Source of the DNA: Candidatus Omnitrophota bacterium
GTDB taxonomy: Bacteria > Omnitrophota > Omnitrophia > Omnitrophales > Aquincolibacteriaceae
NCBI GenBank assembly: GCA_022709525.1
Contig: JAKLIQ010000010.1
Coordinates: 3,390-67,389 of the forward strand
Length of the DNA stretch: 64,000 nt
Direction: 5' to 3'
Part shown: positions 17,834 through 27,134 of the stretch, piece by piece
Layout of the letters: each line of letters begins with the position of its first letter
Position numbering within the stretch: position 1 is the stretch's first letter
The notes under the pieces: generated by a model
Seen by the model: the letters and a program-made list of their open reading frames with translations, nothing else
Database searches by the model: none
Told to the model about the DNA's origin: nothing
Program-made: the position numbers and the translations under genes

Positions 17834-18196
17834 TCAAGATACCGCTTGATCGGCGCTAGGATCCTGGGCCTTCATGCTGGCCGGCAAGGGGCACTGTTTT
17901 CCGCCCATCCATCCCTCGGGCATAGGCACTTCGACTTCTTTAAGAAGGACGAGTTCGGCGTCATACTTCATAAGCTTGTTGCCGACAAGCACGATTACCC
18001 CGCCGTCATCGGTCGTGGCCATCTGGGTCTTTCCCATCCCCATCATGGGGCAGCGCATCTTCCCCATCCCGGGCATCATCATCTCGATGGGGTCATCCCC
18101 CTTCATGCCCGGCATGGTTTCTTGCTGGGCTTCTTCGGCAAATACTGCCGTGGAGATCAAAAGAAACGCGATCATGATCAGCGTGATTTTCTTCAT
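17834..18196 (-). CDS. Small secreted methionine-rich protein (possible Cu/Ag-binding periplasmic protein)
   Basis: 120 aa with a signal peptide. The mature part contains MPGMKGDDPIEMMMPGMGKMRCPMMGMGKTQM, that is MxxM/MPGM motifs like those in CopC/PcoE/CusF-type metal binders. Confidence 0.45.
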   Translation of the reverse strand: MKKITLIMIAFLLISTAVFAEEAQQETMPGMKGDDPIEMMMPGMGKMRCPMMGMGKTQMATTDDGGVIVLVGNKLMKYDAELVLLKEVEVPMPEGWMGGKQCPLPASMKAQDPSADQAVS

Positions 18197-18226
18197 AAAA
18201 ACCCTCCTTACGCGGTTTTCCTATCG

Positions 18227-19234
18227 TTACGCTTTTCCTGCGGAACCAAGTACATACTCATTTTTGTGTTTATACATCGCGATCAACGCGTCGCGGGCCG
18301 GCCCGAGATACTTGCGTGGGTCGAATTCAGCCGGTTTTTCCTTGAAAACTTTCCGGATCGCGGCGGTCATCCACAAACGGCCGTCGGAGTCGATGTTGAC
18401 CTTGCAGACCGCGGATTTTGCCGCCTTGCGGAGCTGTTCTTCCGGGATCCCGACGGAATCCTTAAGCGCGCCGCCATTTTCATTGATGATCTTGACCGCT
18501 TCCACCGGCACGGAAGAAGCGCCGTGGAGCACGATCGGAAAACCGGGGATCTTTTTTTCAATTTCTTCCAGAATATCGAAACGCAGAGGCGGCGGGACCA
18601 GGATCCCGTCAGCGTTGCGTGTGCATTGGGCCGGCTTGAATTTGTTGGCGCCGTGGGAAGTCCCGATCGAGATGGCCAGCGAATCCACGTTCGTTTCTTT
18701 CACGAATTTAACAACGTCCTTCGGATCCGTATAAGTCGAATGCTCCGCGCTGACATCGTCTTCGATCCCGGCAAGCACTCCGAGCTCCCCTTCCACCGTC
18801 ACATCGTGTTTGTGAGCGTATTCCACTACTTGACGGGTCAGCTTGATGTTCTCTTCAAAAGGATGATGCGACGCATCGATCATGACGGAAGAAAAACCCG
18901 ATTCGATGCAGGATTTCGCGAGCTCAAAAGTATCGCCGTGATCCAAATGAAGCGCCATCGGGATCGGCTTGAGGCCTTTCTCCTTGGCGTGGGCTTTCAT
19001 CATCTCGACGGCCCCTTGCCCGACATATTGGAGCAGGATATGGTTGGCATATTTTCGGGCGCCGCTCGAGACCTGAAGGATCACCGGAGACTGGGTTTCG
19101 ACGCAAGCCACCACGATCGCCTGGATCTGTTCCATATTATTGAAATTATAGGCCGGAATGGCGTAGCCGCCCTTGAAGGCCTTCGCGAACATCTCGCGTG
19201 TATTGACAAAACCAAGTTGCTTATATGAAATCAT
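18227..19234 (-). CDS. fba: Class II fructose-bisphosphate aldolase
   Basis: The start is set at MISYKQLGFVNTREMF (an AAAGGAG ribosome-binding site lies 8 bp upstream of the ATG at 19234). The Zn-aldolase motifs LHLDHG and HGASS are present. Confidence 0.85.
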   Translation of the reverse strand: MISYKQLGFVNTREMFAKAFKGGYAIPAYNFNNMEQIQAIVVACVETQSPVILQVSSGARKYANHILLQYVGQGAVEMMKAHAKEKGLKPIPMALHLDHGDTFELAKSCIESGFSSVMIDASHHPFEENIKLTRQVVEYAHKHDVTVEGELGVLAGIEDDVSAEHSTYTDPKDVVKFVKETNVDSLAISIGTSHGANKFKPAQCTRNADGILVPPPLRFDILEEIEKKIPGFPIVLHGASSVPVEAVKIINENGGALKDSVGIPEEQLRKAAKSAVCKVNIDSDGRLWMTAAIRKVFKEKPAEFDPRKYLGPARDALIAMYKHKNEYVLGSAGKA

Positions 19235-19333
19235 TTTGTTTTTCTCCTTTTTATTAGACAAGAGACTTGGGACTAGGGACTAAAAACTCAAAGCTTTGGC
19301 TCTAGTCTGGAGTCTCTGGTCTGTCGTCTGTTT

Positions 19334-19921
19334 CTAATAGTTTTCGATCCAGATCTCAAAAAACTCCTGGGGGTGATCGCAAGTCGGGCAACGCTCCGGA
19401 GCCTTAGAAGCTTCCACAATGTAGCCGCAATTCAGGCACTTCCAATAGACCTTGCCGTCTTTGACAAAAACCTTATGGTGCTCGACAGCGTTATAGAGCT
19501 TGTTGTAACGCTCTTCATGGCGTTTTTCGACCATCGCGACCAGCTTGAAACTCTTGGCGACATCAGGAAACCCCTCTTTGTCCGCGACTTCCGCGAAGGA
19601 GGGGTAAAGATCCGTCCATTCTTCATGCTCTCCCACCGCGGCGGCCTTGAGATTTTCCATGGTCTTGCCGAGCGCCACAGGATAGGAGGCGTGGATTTCC
19701 TGCGCCATGCCGTTCATGCCGTGCTTGATGAGATGCTTGTAGAAAACCTTGGCGTGTTCTTTTTCATTCTCCGCGGTCTCGAGGAAAATATTCGATATCT
19801 GGCGATAGCCCTCTTTAAGCGCCGCCGATGCGTAATAGGTGTAACGCATGCGGGCTTGAGACTCCCCGGCAAATGATTTCATAAGATTTTCTGCTGTCTT
19901 ACTTCCTTTGAATTCTGCCAT
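19334..19921 (-). CDS. rbr: Rubrerythrin
   Basis: 195 aa. It has the diiron ferritin-like domain (E...EXXH motifs) plus a C-terminal rubredoxin-like domain (CLNCGY...CPTC). Confidence 0.9.
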   Translation of the reverse strand: MAEFKGSKTAENLMKSFAGESQARMRYTYYASAALKEGYRQISNIFLETAENEKEHAKVFYKHLIKHGMNGMAQEIHASYPVALGKTMENLKAAAVGEHEEWTDLYPSFAEVADKEGFPDVAKSFKLVAMVEKRHEERYNKLYNAVEHHKVFVKDGKVYWKCLNCGYIVEASKAPERCPTCDHPQEFFEIWIENY

Positions 19922-20126
19922 AAATTCCTCCTGAGATTAATACCGTCGGAACAGGATCGATCCCAATACCTATTATCCCGCCGCCACAAAGGCGGGATGG
20001 GGCCGTCCTTGTCACCATTAATCAAAAAAATGAAAGACAAGGATGGAGGGGGGTTCCTTCCGAAACAGGGCGTATTATACCATCCGCTCGAAGGCGGTAA
20101 AGGAAAAGTAAGGGTTGCCGAAGGAG

Positions 20127-21512
20127 TTATTGCGAAAGACGGAGGATCGAAGAAAGGTCTTTTTTGTGCCGGCGAAAAAGCTCGAGGTCTTCCCGCGAAA
20201 CGGTCCAGCTGAGCAATTTCCCCTCCTGGAAAAGCTGGAATTCGAGGAAATCATAATCCTTAAAACCGTAACTGCGCAAAACATCCACAAATTCGCGGGC
20301 GACGCGGCCCCAGAAATAAAGCACATCTTCGTGCAGTCCCTGGCCGGAAGTGTAGGCGGTTTCTTTGACGCCCCGCAAGGGAGCGACGGCGTTAAAGATG
20401 AAATGCGGCTTAGGGTCCGGCTCAAAACGAACGATCAACTTCACGCTCGCAAAAGTGTTGTAGATCCGCTCGTCTTCGCCCGCGATCGATTGAAAACGCC
20501 GCGTGAACTGGCGCGACAAAAAATCCCCCATCGTGATATCGGGCGTTTTAAACTCCGTTTCCCAATGAGGAAGGCTTCGCATAACGATATCCCGGGTAAA
20601 AGAAAGTCCCGAGTCTTCGGTTTTTTCGCCAAGGTAAGCCATCGGAATGATCCGCTGGATCGTTTCGGTGTCCCCCGCGGTCGAGACCTGGAACAAATAT
20701 TCCGAGGTCCCCGGCTCGAATTCTTTATTTTTCGGATCTTTCGGCACGAACGCGGCCTTGGCATAGACGATCACATCGTTGCCTTGAAGCGGGATACTTC
20801 TCATGTCAAGAACGGTCCATTCTCCGAGGCCCTGCGCAAGCAAAGATCCCTGAGCGTCCATGAAGAAAAACTCGCGGGCCCATTTTTCCCGCGCTGTATT
20901 GGGGAAATAACGGTTTTGGATGACGTCTGCTGAAGATTCGTTCAGATCCTTGAAAAAATGCCGTACCGGCCGGTGCCAGAGAGCGGCCCGGTTCATGCGG
21001 AGATCGTGGATGATGCGCTTGCGGTATTCGCTGCGCGGAATATCCCAAAACCGGACCCTTTTAAGGTCATCGATCTGCCCGATGAAGGTCAGATCCATCC
21101 CGCTTTTTTCGACGTCGGTGGCCTGCAGATAATAAAAATCGATCTTTTTGTCGGTGCTGAGCATGACGCGGGACATGGAAAAGAGGATATCTTCGACTTT
21201 ATCAATGGCTTCCTCGGTCGGCTGGAAAAGACTTTCCATATCGGTCACGCTGCCGCTCATGAGAGCTGTTTTTAGATCCATGGCGAAAAGATGATCAAGC
21301 GGCAAAAATACGCCGAGTGTCGTGCCTTGGAACTCCACGTCGATCCGAGGAATGCCATATTCTTCGCGGGCGATCTTCTGGAGGTGTTCTTTACAGCGAA
21401 CTTCGGGATACGTGACGGGGCCGCATCCCGAAAGTGCGAGGGCTATCAAAAAGAAAAGGGACAGTCCCTTTAAAAACTCTAGAGGGACAGTCCCTTTGTG
21501 AGGCGCGTTCAA
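20127..21512 (-). CDS. Hypothetical lipoprotein (461 aa), translationally coupled to the upstream FtsH-like gene
   Basis: The signal peptide with lipobox reads MNAPHKGTVPLEFLKGLSLFFLIALALSGC. It begins at a TTG start 3 bp after the ftsH-like stop codon. I recognise no family. Confidence 0.45.
   Translation of the reverse strand: MNAPHKGTVPLEFLKGLSLFFLIALALSGCGPVTYPEVRCKEHLQKIAREEYGIPRIDVEFQGTTLGVFLPLDHLFAMDLKTALMSGSVTDMESLFQPTEEAIDKVEDILFSMSRVMLSTDKKIDFYYLQATDVEKSGMDLTFIGQIDDLKRVRFWDIPRSEYRKRIIHDLRMNRAALWHRPVRHFFKDLNESSADVIQNRYFPNTAREKWAREFFFMDAQGSLLAQGLGEWTVLDMRSIPLQGNDVIVYAKAAFVPKDPKNKEFEPGTSEYLFQVSTAGDTETIQRIIPMAYLGEKTEDSGLSFTRDIVMRSLPHWETEFKTPDITMGDFLSRQFTRRFQSIAGEDERIYNTFASVKLIVRFEPDPKPHFIFNAVAPLRGVKETAYTSGQGLHEDVLYFWGRVAREFVDVLRSYGFKDYDFLEFQLFQEGKLLSWTVSREDLELFRRHKKDLSSILRLSQ
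21454..21498. repeat. Two copies of a palindromic motif (A)AAGGGAC-A-GTCCCTTT, centres 26 bp apart. They lie at the 3' end of the ftsH-like gene and in the 5' end of the lipoprotein ORF.
   Basis: GGGAC at 21458-62 and GTCCC at 21464-68; a second GGGAC at 21484-88 and GTCCC at 21490-94. The same motif pair, with the same 26-bp spacing, recurs at 48314-48355. Confidence 0.5.
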
Positions 21513-21515
21513 GAT

Positions 21516-23174
21516 CTAAGCTTTCGGCGATCCATTCGCCGGGGGCATACCCGAAAAACGCCTCGGGTTTGCCTTGCCGTATTCGTTAAAAATAGCTTCA
21601 ATCTCGTCGTAGTCCAGCTCTTGTTTGGCCAAAAGCTCATTGGCAAAACGCTCGAAAAGGTCTTTCTCCTTCCGGAGAAGCGCTTCGACTTCAGCCATAC
21701 AATCCCTGAGAAGCTTATCCACGTCCTGGTTGAGCCGCATCTTCACATCTTCGGAAAGAAGAAGAGCGTTGCCCTCCTTGTAGACCGTATAATCCCCGAT
21801 CAGTCCGGAAGCCCCCATCCCGAGGACCCATACCATAAAGTGGGCGAGGTTCATCGCTTGTTTGAAGTCCGCGGTCACGCCGGTCGTCGTAGTATTGAAT
21901 TTGATCTTTTCGGCCACATAACCCGCCAGGCAGATTTTGATATCGGCAAATAAGGTCTCGCGGTCACGCCCGTGCCACTCTTCGATCGAGGTGGGATGGA
22001 CAACGCCGAGCGACGACTTCCTCGGGATGATCGAAGCTTTGAACACGTCATCGCGCGGATGGGACAGGTAGGTGACGATCAAATGCCCGCTCTCATGATA
22101 GGCGGTCATTTCGCGCTCGCGGGCGTTGATCGTAAGCTTTTGCTTCATACCGAGTTCGATGCGTTCAATGGCTTCTGATATCTCCTTAAGCCCGACCACA
22201 TCTTTCTTGTTCCGTGTGGCGATCAAGGCGGATTCTTTGACGATGTTCTCGATATCCGCCGGCGATTTGTCGACGGCCTTACGCGCCAGGCGTTTGCAAT
22301 CGATCGCAGCTTCGTATTTGATCTTGCCCAAATAATAGCGGAAAAGCGCTTCGCGGCCTTCGAGGCTTGGTTTTTTAATATAAACTTTCCGGTCAAAACG
22401 TCCGGGGCGCAAAAGCGCGGGGTCAAGAATGTCTTCGGCTGCGTTCGTCGCGCCGATCACAATGATATTTTCGGATTTGTCACTTAACCCATCCATGGCG
22501 ACCAGCAATTGGTTCTGGGTCGTGTTGCCCTCGCCGCTTCCGAACTGATTAAAAGTGCGGCGCTGCCCCATCGCATCCAGCTCATCAATAAAAACAATGC
22601 ATCCGCCGAACCCGTAAGAAAGCCGCTGGGCCTTCTTAAAAAGCTGGCGAACGCGGCTTGCGCCGACGCCGACGAAGATCTCATTGAACTCGCTTGCGGC
22701 CATCGAAAGGAACGGTAACCCCGCCTCGGTGGCGATCGCTTTTGCAAGGTAGGTTTTGCCGCATCCCGGAGGCCCCATCATAAGAATCCCGCGGAGGATC
22801 TTGCCGCCGATCTTTTTAAGACGCGCGTGATCCTTGATCAGCTGGACCACCTCCCAGCACTCATCTTTAGCTTCGTCGATCCCGATCACATCCGAAAATT
22901 TCACATTGACGGCAGTGCCTTTAATGTTCTTTTTATCGAGTTTGGAGAAACCGCCGCGGAAAATGACCATATAAAGATAAACAAAAATCACGGAATTGAG
23001 GATCACCATGAGAATCTGAAGAGGTAATTGAGCAAGCGTGATGTTCCGGTAATAGCTTTCGAGGGAGGCCATGCCCCAGATCGACAGGATCACGAGAAGG
23101 CATGCGGCAAAAATGATCGAGGTTTTGACCCAGTGGTCCATCCAGAACAATTTAAAGCGACGCCATTTATTCAT
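21516..23174 (-). CDS. FtsH-family ATP-dependent zinc metalloprotease (short form lacking the periplasmic domain)
   Basis: Two N-terminal TM helices are followed by AAA+ Walker A (GPPGCGKT), Walker B (IVFIDELDA) and the second region of homology, then the HEXXH zinc site (TAYHESGH). At 552 aa it is shorter than canonical FtsH. Confidence 0.75.
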   Translation of the reverse strand: MNKWRRFKLFWMDHWVKTSIIFAACLLVILSIWGMASLESYYRNITLAQLPLQILMVILNSVIFVYLYMVIFRGGFSKLDKKNIKGTAVNVKFSDVIGIDEAKDECWEVVQLIKDHARLKKIGGKILRGILMMGPPGCGKTYLAKAIATEAGLPFLSMAASEFNEIFVGVGASRVRQLFKKAQRLSYGFGGCIVFIDELDAMGQRRTFNQFGSGEGNTTQNQLLVAMDGLSDKSENIIVIGATNAAEDILDPALLRPGRFDRKVYIKKPSLEGREALFRYYLGKIKYEAAIDCKRLARKAVDKSPADIENIVKESALIATRNKKDVVGLKEISEAIERIELGMKQKLTINAREREMTAYHESGHLIVTYLSHPRDDVFKASIIPRKSSLGVVHPTSIEEWHGRDRETLFADIKICLAGYVAEKIKFNTTTTGVTADFKQAMNLAHFMVWVLGMGASGLIGDYTVYKEGNALLLSEDVKMRLNQDVDKLLRDCMAEVEALLRKEKDLFERFANELLAKQELDYDEIEAIFNEYGKANPRRFSGMPPANGSPKA

Positions 23175-23381
23175 ACAAAACCGCCTTTTCTAAAAAAGTT
23201 AGCGGGAACGCCCCGCGGAAAAACAGGAGAGATTATACCTGTTTTACTTCAAAAACACACTTACTAGAATTTCGGCAATCCACAGAGGGTCTTTACTTCC
23301 CTGGGAAAACAGAAGGCAGACGACAGGAGGCAAAAAAACAGAAAAATTTGTTCTCTGATCTCTATTCTCTGTTCTTCGAAG

Positions 23382-23834
23382 CTACCACCAATAATCTTCT
23401 TTGGAGGGCTCGGAAAGGGGTTCTTCTTTTATATCAGAATCTCTGTCGGAATCCGCAATCTCTTGCTCTTCGGAAGGATATTTCTCCGGCGATTCTTCGA
23501 TGAATTCTCCGGAAGAAGCTTGTGGCCCGGCCGGCTCCTCCCACCACCCGCCCGCCTCGATCGGCTCGGCGGTGGCCTGGATCGCATCTTCTTGTGAAAC
23601 CGCGTCTTTGCTTTTTTCATAGGGCGGCTCTATGAAAAAATCCTCTTTGGGATTGTGTTTGACGCTATAAAGCAGCGGCCCCTTTTTCCCTTCTTTTTCT
23701 TCCTCTTTTTTCTGCTCATAGAGGATGGGATTGGTCTGGGTATCCCGGATAGGGTCCTCGGCTTTGCGGATCGATGCGACGTTCAATCCGGCAAGCACGC
23801 TCAAAAAGATGAAAAACAAAGTATTTTTGTTCAT
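23382..23834 (-). CDS. Secreted acidic hypothetical protein
   Basis: 150 aa with a signal peptide. The protein is Glu/Asp/Pro-rich and ends ...EDYWW. I recognise no family. Confidence 0.4.
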   Translation of the reverse strand: MNKNTLFFIFLSVLAGLNVASIRKAEDPIRDTQTNPILYEQKKEEEKEGKKGPLLYSVKHNPKEDFFIEPPYEKSKDAVSQEDAIQATAEPIEAGGWWEEPAGPQASSGEFIEESPEKYPSEEQEIADSDRDSDIKEEPLSEPSKEDYWW

Positions 23835-23880
23835 ACATAAAGAGTAGCTGAAAAAGCGGAAAAGAGCAACGGGACTCGCC

Positions 23881-23946
23881 CCTCGGGACTAGGGACTCGT
23901 TTGGCTCCTCGTTTTTACGAATCCCGGGGAACTAGTCCCGAGTCCC
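23881..23946. repeat. Inverted GGGACT(A/C)GGGACT repeat pair (CGGGACTAGGGACTCG ... GAACTAGTCCCGAGTCCC). It forms a long stem-loop at the uvrA 3' end, and the right arm encodes the uvrA C-terminus.
   Basis: The arms are at 23884-23899 and 23928-23946. The family recurs at 19261-19330 and 53421-53452. Related fragments occur at 20593-20603 and 10449-10462. Confidence 0.5.
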
Positions 23947-26707
23947 TTAGATATTTTTTAAGGTATCGTCCCGTATACGACTTCTCGCACTCCATTAGGC
24001 CGGCGACATCTCCCTGGTAGACCACTTCCCCGCCTTTCTCGCCGCCCTCAGGGCCCAGATCGACCACGTGATCCGCGAGGCGGATGAGCCCTAAATGATG
24101 TTCGATCACGAGGATCGAATGTCCGCGGCTTAAAAGCTCCTCAAAGGCCCGCACAAGGTAGCGGATATCGTCTTCGTGGAGGCCCGTGGTCGGTTCGTCC
24201 AGAAGGTAAAGCGATGGGCCGGAAGCTCCGGCGGAAAGCTCATAGGCAAGCTTGAGGCGTTGCGCTTCCCCGCCTGAAAGCGTCAACGTCGGCTGGCCGA
24301 GCCGGAGGTACCCTAAGCCGATCTTCTGAAGGACGGAAAGTTTTTCGGCGAGACCTTTATGATGCCCCAAAAAATCAAGCGCTTCATCGACGGTCATATT
24401 CAGCACCTCATCGACATTCTTGCCCTGATAACGAATTTCAAGTACCTCCGGCTTAAAACGTTTGCCGCGGCATTCTTCACAAGGCACAAAAATATCGGCT
24501 AAAAAATGCATCTCCACTTTGACCGCTCCGTCGCCTTCGCAGACCGGGCATCGCCCTTTGGCGACATTGAAAGAAAAATGCCCGGCATCAAACCCTTCGC
24601 GTTTGGCCTCAGGCGTCGCCGCGAAGATCTTCCGGATATCCTCGAATGCTTTCATATAAGTAGCGGGATTGGATCGCGGAGAGCGGCCCAAAGGCGACTG
24701 ATCGACCAGGACCATGTCGGCGATATGCTCAAGACCCTGGATCTTTTTGACGACCCCGATCTCTTCCTGGGACACGGGGCGGCCGTTGAATTTAAGGAAA
24801 TGACCGTAAAGGATCTCGTAAAGGAACGTGCTTTTCCCGGAACCCGAAACACCGGTGAGCGCGGTAAGTTTCCCGAGAGGTATTTCGATATCGATATCTT
24901 TCAAATTGTGGGCCCGCGCGCCCCGAACGATGATCTTTCGTTTCAAAGAGGCGCCTGCCGGAACTTTTCGCTCGATCCTTCGCTTCCCGATTAAATGTTC
25001 GCCCGTGACGGAGCCCGAGCAGCGCTTAAGTTCGTCGACATTCCCCTGGAAAACAAGCTGTCCGCCCTTCGCGCCTCCTCCCGGCCCGAGGTCGATCACG
25101 CAATCGGCCGCGCCGATCATGGTCCGGTCGTGCTCCACCACGACGACCGTATTCCCCAGATCGCGGAGTTTTCGAAGAAGCCCGATCAGCATTTGATTGT
25201 CGCGCTCATGCAGGCCGATGCTGGGTTCGTCCAGGACATAAAGCGTATCGACCAGCGCCGAGCCCAGCGAACTTGCCAAATGGATGCGTTCCACTTCCCC
25301 GCCCGAAAGCGTGCGGGACATGCGGTCCAGCGTCAAATAACCGAGCCCAACGTCTTTTAAGAATCTGACGCGGCTTAAAAGCTCTTCCCGGACTGGCTCC
25401 GTTTTTTCCTTTTCCTCGGGAGAGAATTCCAATCCTTCAAGGAACGCGAGTAGTTCTTCGATACTTAAGGCCTGAACTTCCGCGATATTTTTGCTTTGGA
25501 TCAAAAAATCCAGCGCTTCGGGCTTGAGCCGTGTCATCCCGCAGGTCTTGCACGGAGCGTACCCGCGGTAACGGTTCAGAAAGATCCGCACATGCATCTT
25601 GTAGGTTTTTTTGTTAAGGTAATCGAAGAAATCCCCGACGCTTACAAAATCATCGCCTTCGCAACCTCGCAGGATCCAATCGCGATGCTGGGGTTTCAGT
25701 TTCGCCCAGGGCGTCCTCGCGGGGATGCGTTTGCGGTCGCAAAAATCAAAAAGCTGGCCCTGCTCCCAGCGGGCGCTGGCCTTGGTCCACGGCTCGATAG
25801 CCCCGTCACGGATCGACTTTCCCGGGTCCGGGACTACGAGATCCCAATCGATCGTGATGACGCGCCCGAACCCTTGGCATGCCGGACACGCGCCAAGCGG
25901 GCTGTTAAAGGAAAAAAGATTCGGGGATGGCTCTAAAAAGGGCTTTCCGCAGGACGCGCAACGGAGTTTTTCCGAAAAAGCCAGGACGTTCCCGCCGATC
26001 CACGCCTGGGCATCGCCGCGCCCCATATGGAACGCCTGCTCAAGAGAATCCGTGAGACGTTCTTTGGCGGGATGTTCGATCTTTAAAAAGTCCGCGCTGA
26101 CCAGGATCTCCTTGGGAACCGTTTTCTTTGCGAGCGCATCCGCTCCGGCAAGCCACGCGCCGGCGCAAAAAAATTCGCCAAATCCTTGGCGTTCCAGTTC
26201 CTCTAAGTTCTCGCGGAAATATTTCGCGCCTTTTTTACCGAGCGGCACCTGGAAAACAATGCGCGCGCTTTTCCCGGGAAATTCTTTCAGAAGACGCGCG
26301 GCGGCTCTGGCGGCGTCATATTTTTCCACGGGGACCCGGCACTCCGGACACCGCAGACGGCCGGCACGAGCGAAAAGGACCCGGAGATGGTCGTTGATCT
26401 CGGTCTGAGTCCCAACCGTCGAACGGGCGTTAGTGATAACATTTTTCGATTGAATGGCAAGAGCGGGAGGGATGCCGGACGCGGATTCGAGATCGGGCTT
26501 GGACATGCGCTCGAGGAATTGGCGTGCATAGGCGGAAACAGATTCGATGTAGCGGCGCTGGCCTTCGGCATAAAGCGTGTCGAACGCCAAAGAGGATTTG
26601 CCGGAGCCGGAAACGCCGGTAATCACATAAAGCTTGCGGTGCGGAAGATCAAGATCGAGGTTTTTTAAATTGTGGGTTTTGACCCCACGAAGGCGGATCG
26701 CATCCAA
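23915..26707 (-). CDS. uvrA: Excinuclease ABC subunit A
   Basis: 930 aa. The N-terminus reads MDAIRLRGVKTHNLKNLDLDLP...GVSGSGKSSLAFDTLYAEGQRRYIESVSAYARQFL. It carries two ABC ATPase modules and zinc-finger Cys clusters, as in canonical UvrA. Confidence 0.95.
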   Translation of the reverse strand: MDAIRLRGVKTHNLKNLDLDLPHRKLYVITGVSGSGKSSLAFDTLYAEGQRRYIESVSAYARQFLERMSKPDLESASGIPPALAIQSKNVITNARSTVGTQTEINDHLRVLFARAGRLRCPECRVPVEKYDAARAAARLLKEFPGKSARIVFQVPLGKKGAKYFRENLEELERQGFGEFFCAGAWLAGADALAKKTVPKEILVSADFLKIEHPAKERLTDSLEQAFHMGRGDAQAWIGGNVLAFSEKLRCASCGKPFLEPSPNLFSFNSPLGACPACQGFGRVITIDWDLVVPDPGKSIRDGAIEPWTKASARWEQGQLFDFCDRKRIPARTPWAKLKPQHRDWILRGCEGDDFVSVGDFFDYLNKKTYKMHVRIFLNRYRGYAPCKTCGMTRLKPEALDFLIQSKNIAEVQALSIEELLAFLEGLEFSPEEKEKTEPVREELLSRVRFLKDVGLGYLTLDRMSRTLSGGEVERIHLASSLGSALVDTLYVLDEPSIGLHERDNQMLIGLLRKLRDLGNTVVVVEHDRTMIGAADCVIDLGPGGGAKGGQLVFQGNVDELKRCSGSVTGEHLIGKRRIERKVPAGASLKRKIIVRGARAHNLKDIDIEIPLGKLTALTGVSGSGKSTFLYEILYGHFLKFNGRPVSQEEIGVVKKIQGLEHIADMVLVDQSPLGRSPRSNPATYMKAFEDIRKIFAATPEAKREGFDAGHFSFNVAKGRCPVCEGDGAVKVEMHFLADIFVPCEECRGKRFKPEVLEIRYQGKNVDEVLNMTVDEALDFLGHHKGLAEKLSVLQKIGLGYLRLGQPTLTLSGGEAQRLKLAYELSAGASGPSLYLLDEPTTGLHEDDIRYLVRAFEELLSRGHSILVIEHHLGLIRLADHVVDLGPEGGEKGGEVVYQGDVAGLMECEKSYTGRYLKKYLRDSGLVPRDS

Positions 26708-26713
26708 AGGAAA

Positions 26714-27106
26714 TTAAGACTTGATCTCGCCGGATAAGGTCGCCGCGACCGCTTGGAGGAGCTTGTCGCCGCCGAAGACTTTTTGGCTCTCCGGAGCAAT
26801 CGAAACGGATGTCGTCCCGCGGTCGACGCGCTTGACCGTAAAAGCAACGCTCCGAAGGTCGGAATCGTCGAGCCGGCTGTAATTGATGTCGCGCACCCGG
26901 ATAAGCCCTTTTTCTTTATCCGTTTCCGAGACCTGCCAGTCGGGATAATCCTCCAGGGTCTCGAGCGTGCGCAGATAAGTCAGGTCATAAGGAAGCGGGT
27001 ACACCAGCACCTGATCATTGGGCGGAAATACCTCGCCCACGGTATTGCACCCGATGAGACCTAATCCCAAAACAAGTATCAGAACGATCGTGGAAAATAG
27101 CTTCAT
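26714..27106 (-). CDS. Small lipoprotein (130 aa), the last gene of the outer-membrane-protein/giant-protein module
   Basis: Signal peptide with lipobox: MKLFSTIVLILVLGLGLIGC. I recognise no family. Confidence 0.45.
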   Translation of the reverse strand: MKLFSTIVLILVLGLGLIGCNTVGEVFPPNDQVLVYPLPYDLTYLRTLETLEDYPDWQVSETDKEKGLIRVRDINYSRLDDSDLRSVAFTVKRVDRGTTSVSIAPESQKVFGGDKLLQAVAATLSGEIKS

Positions 27107-27134
27107 GATATCTCTCCTTTACCCCGTTAGAGAA

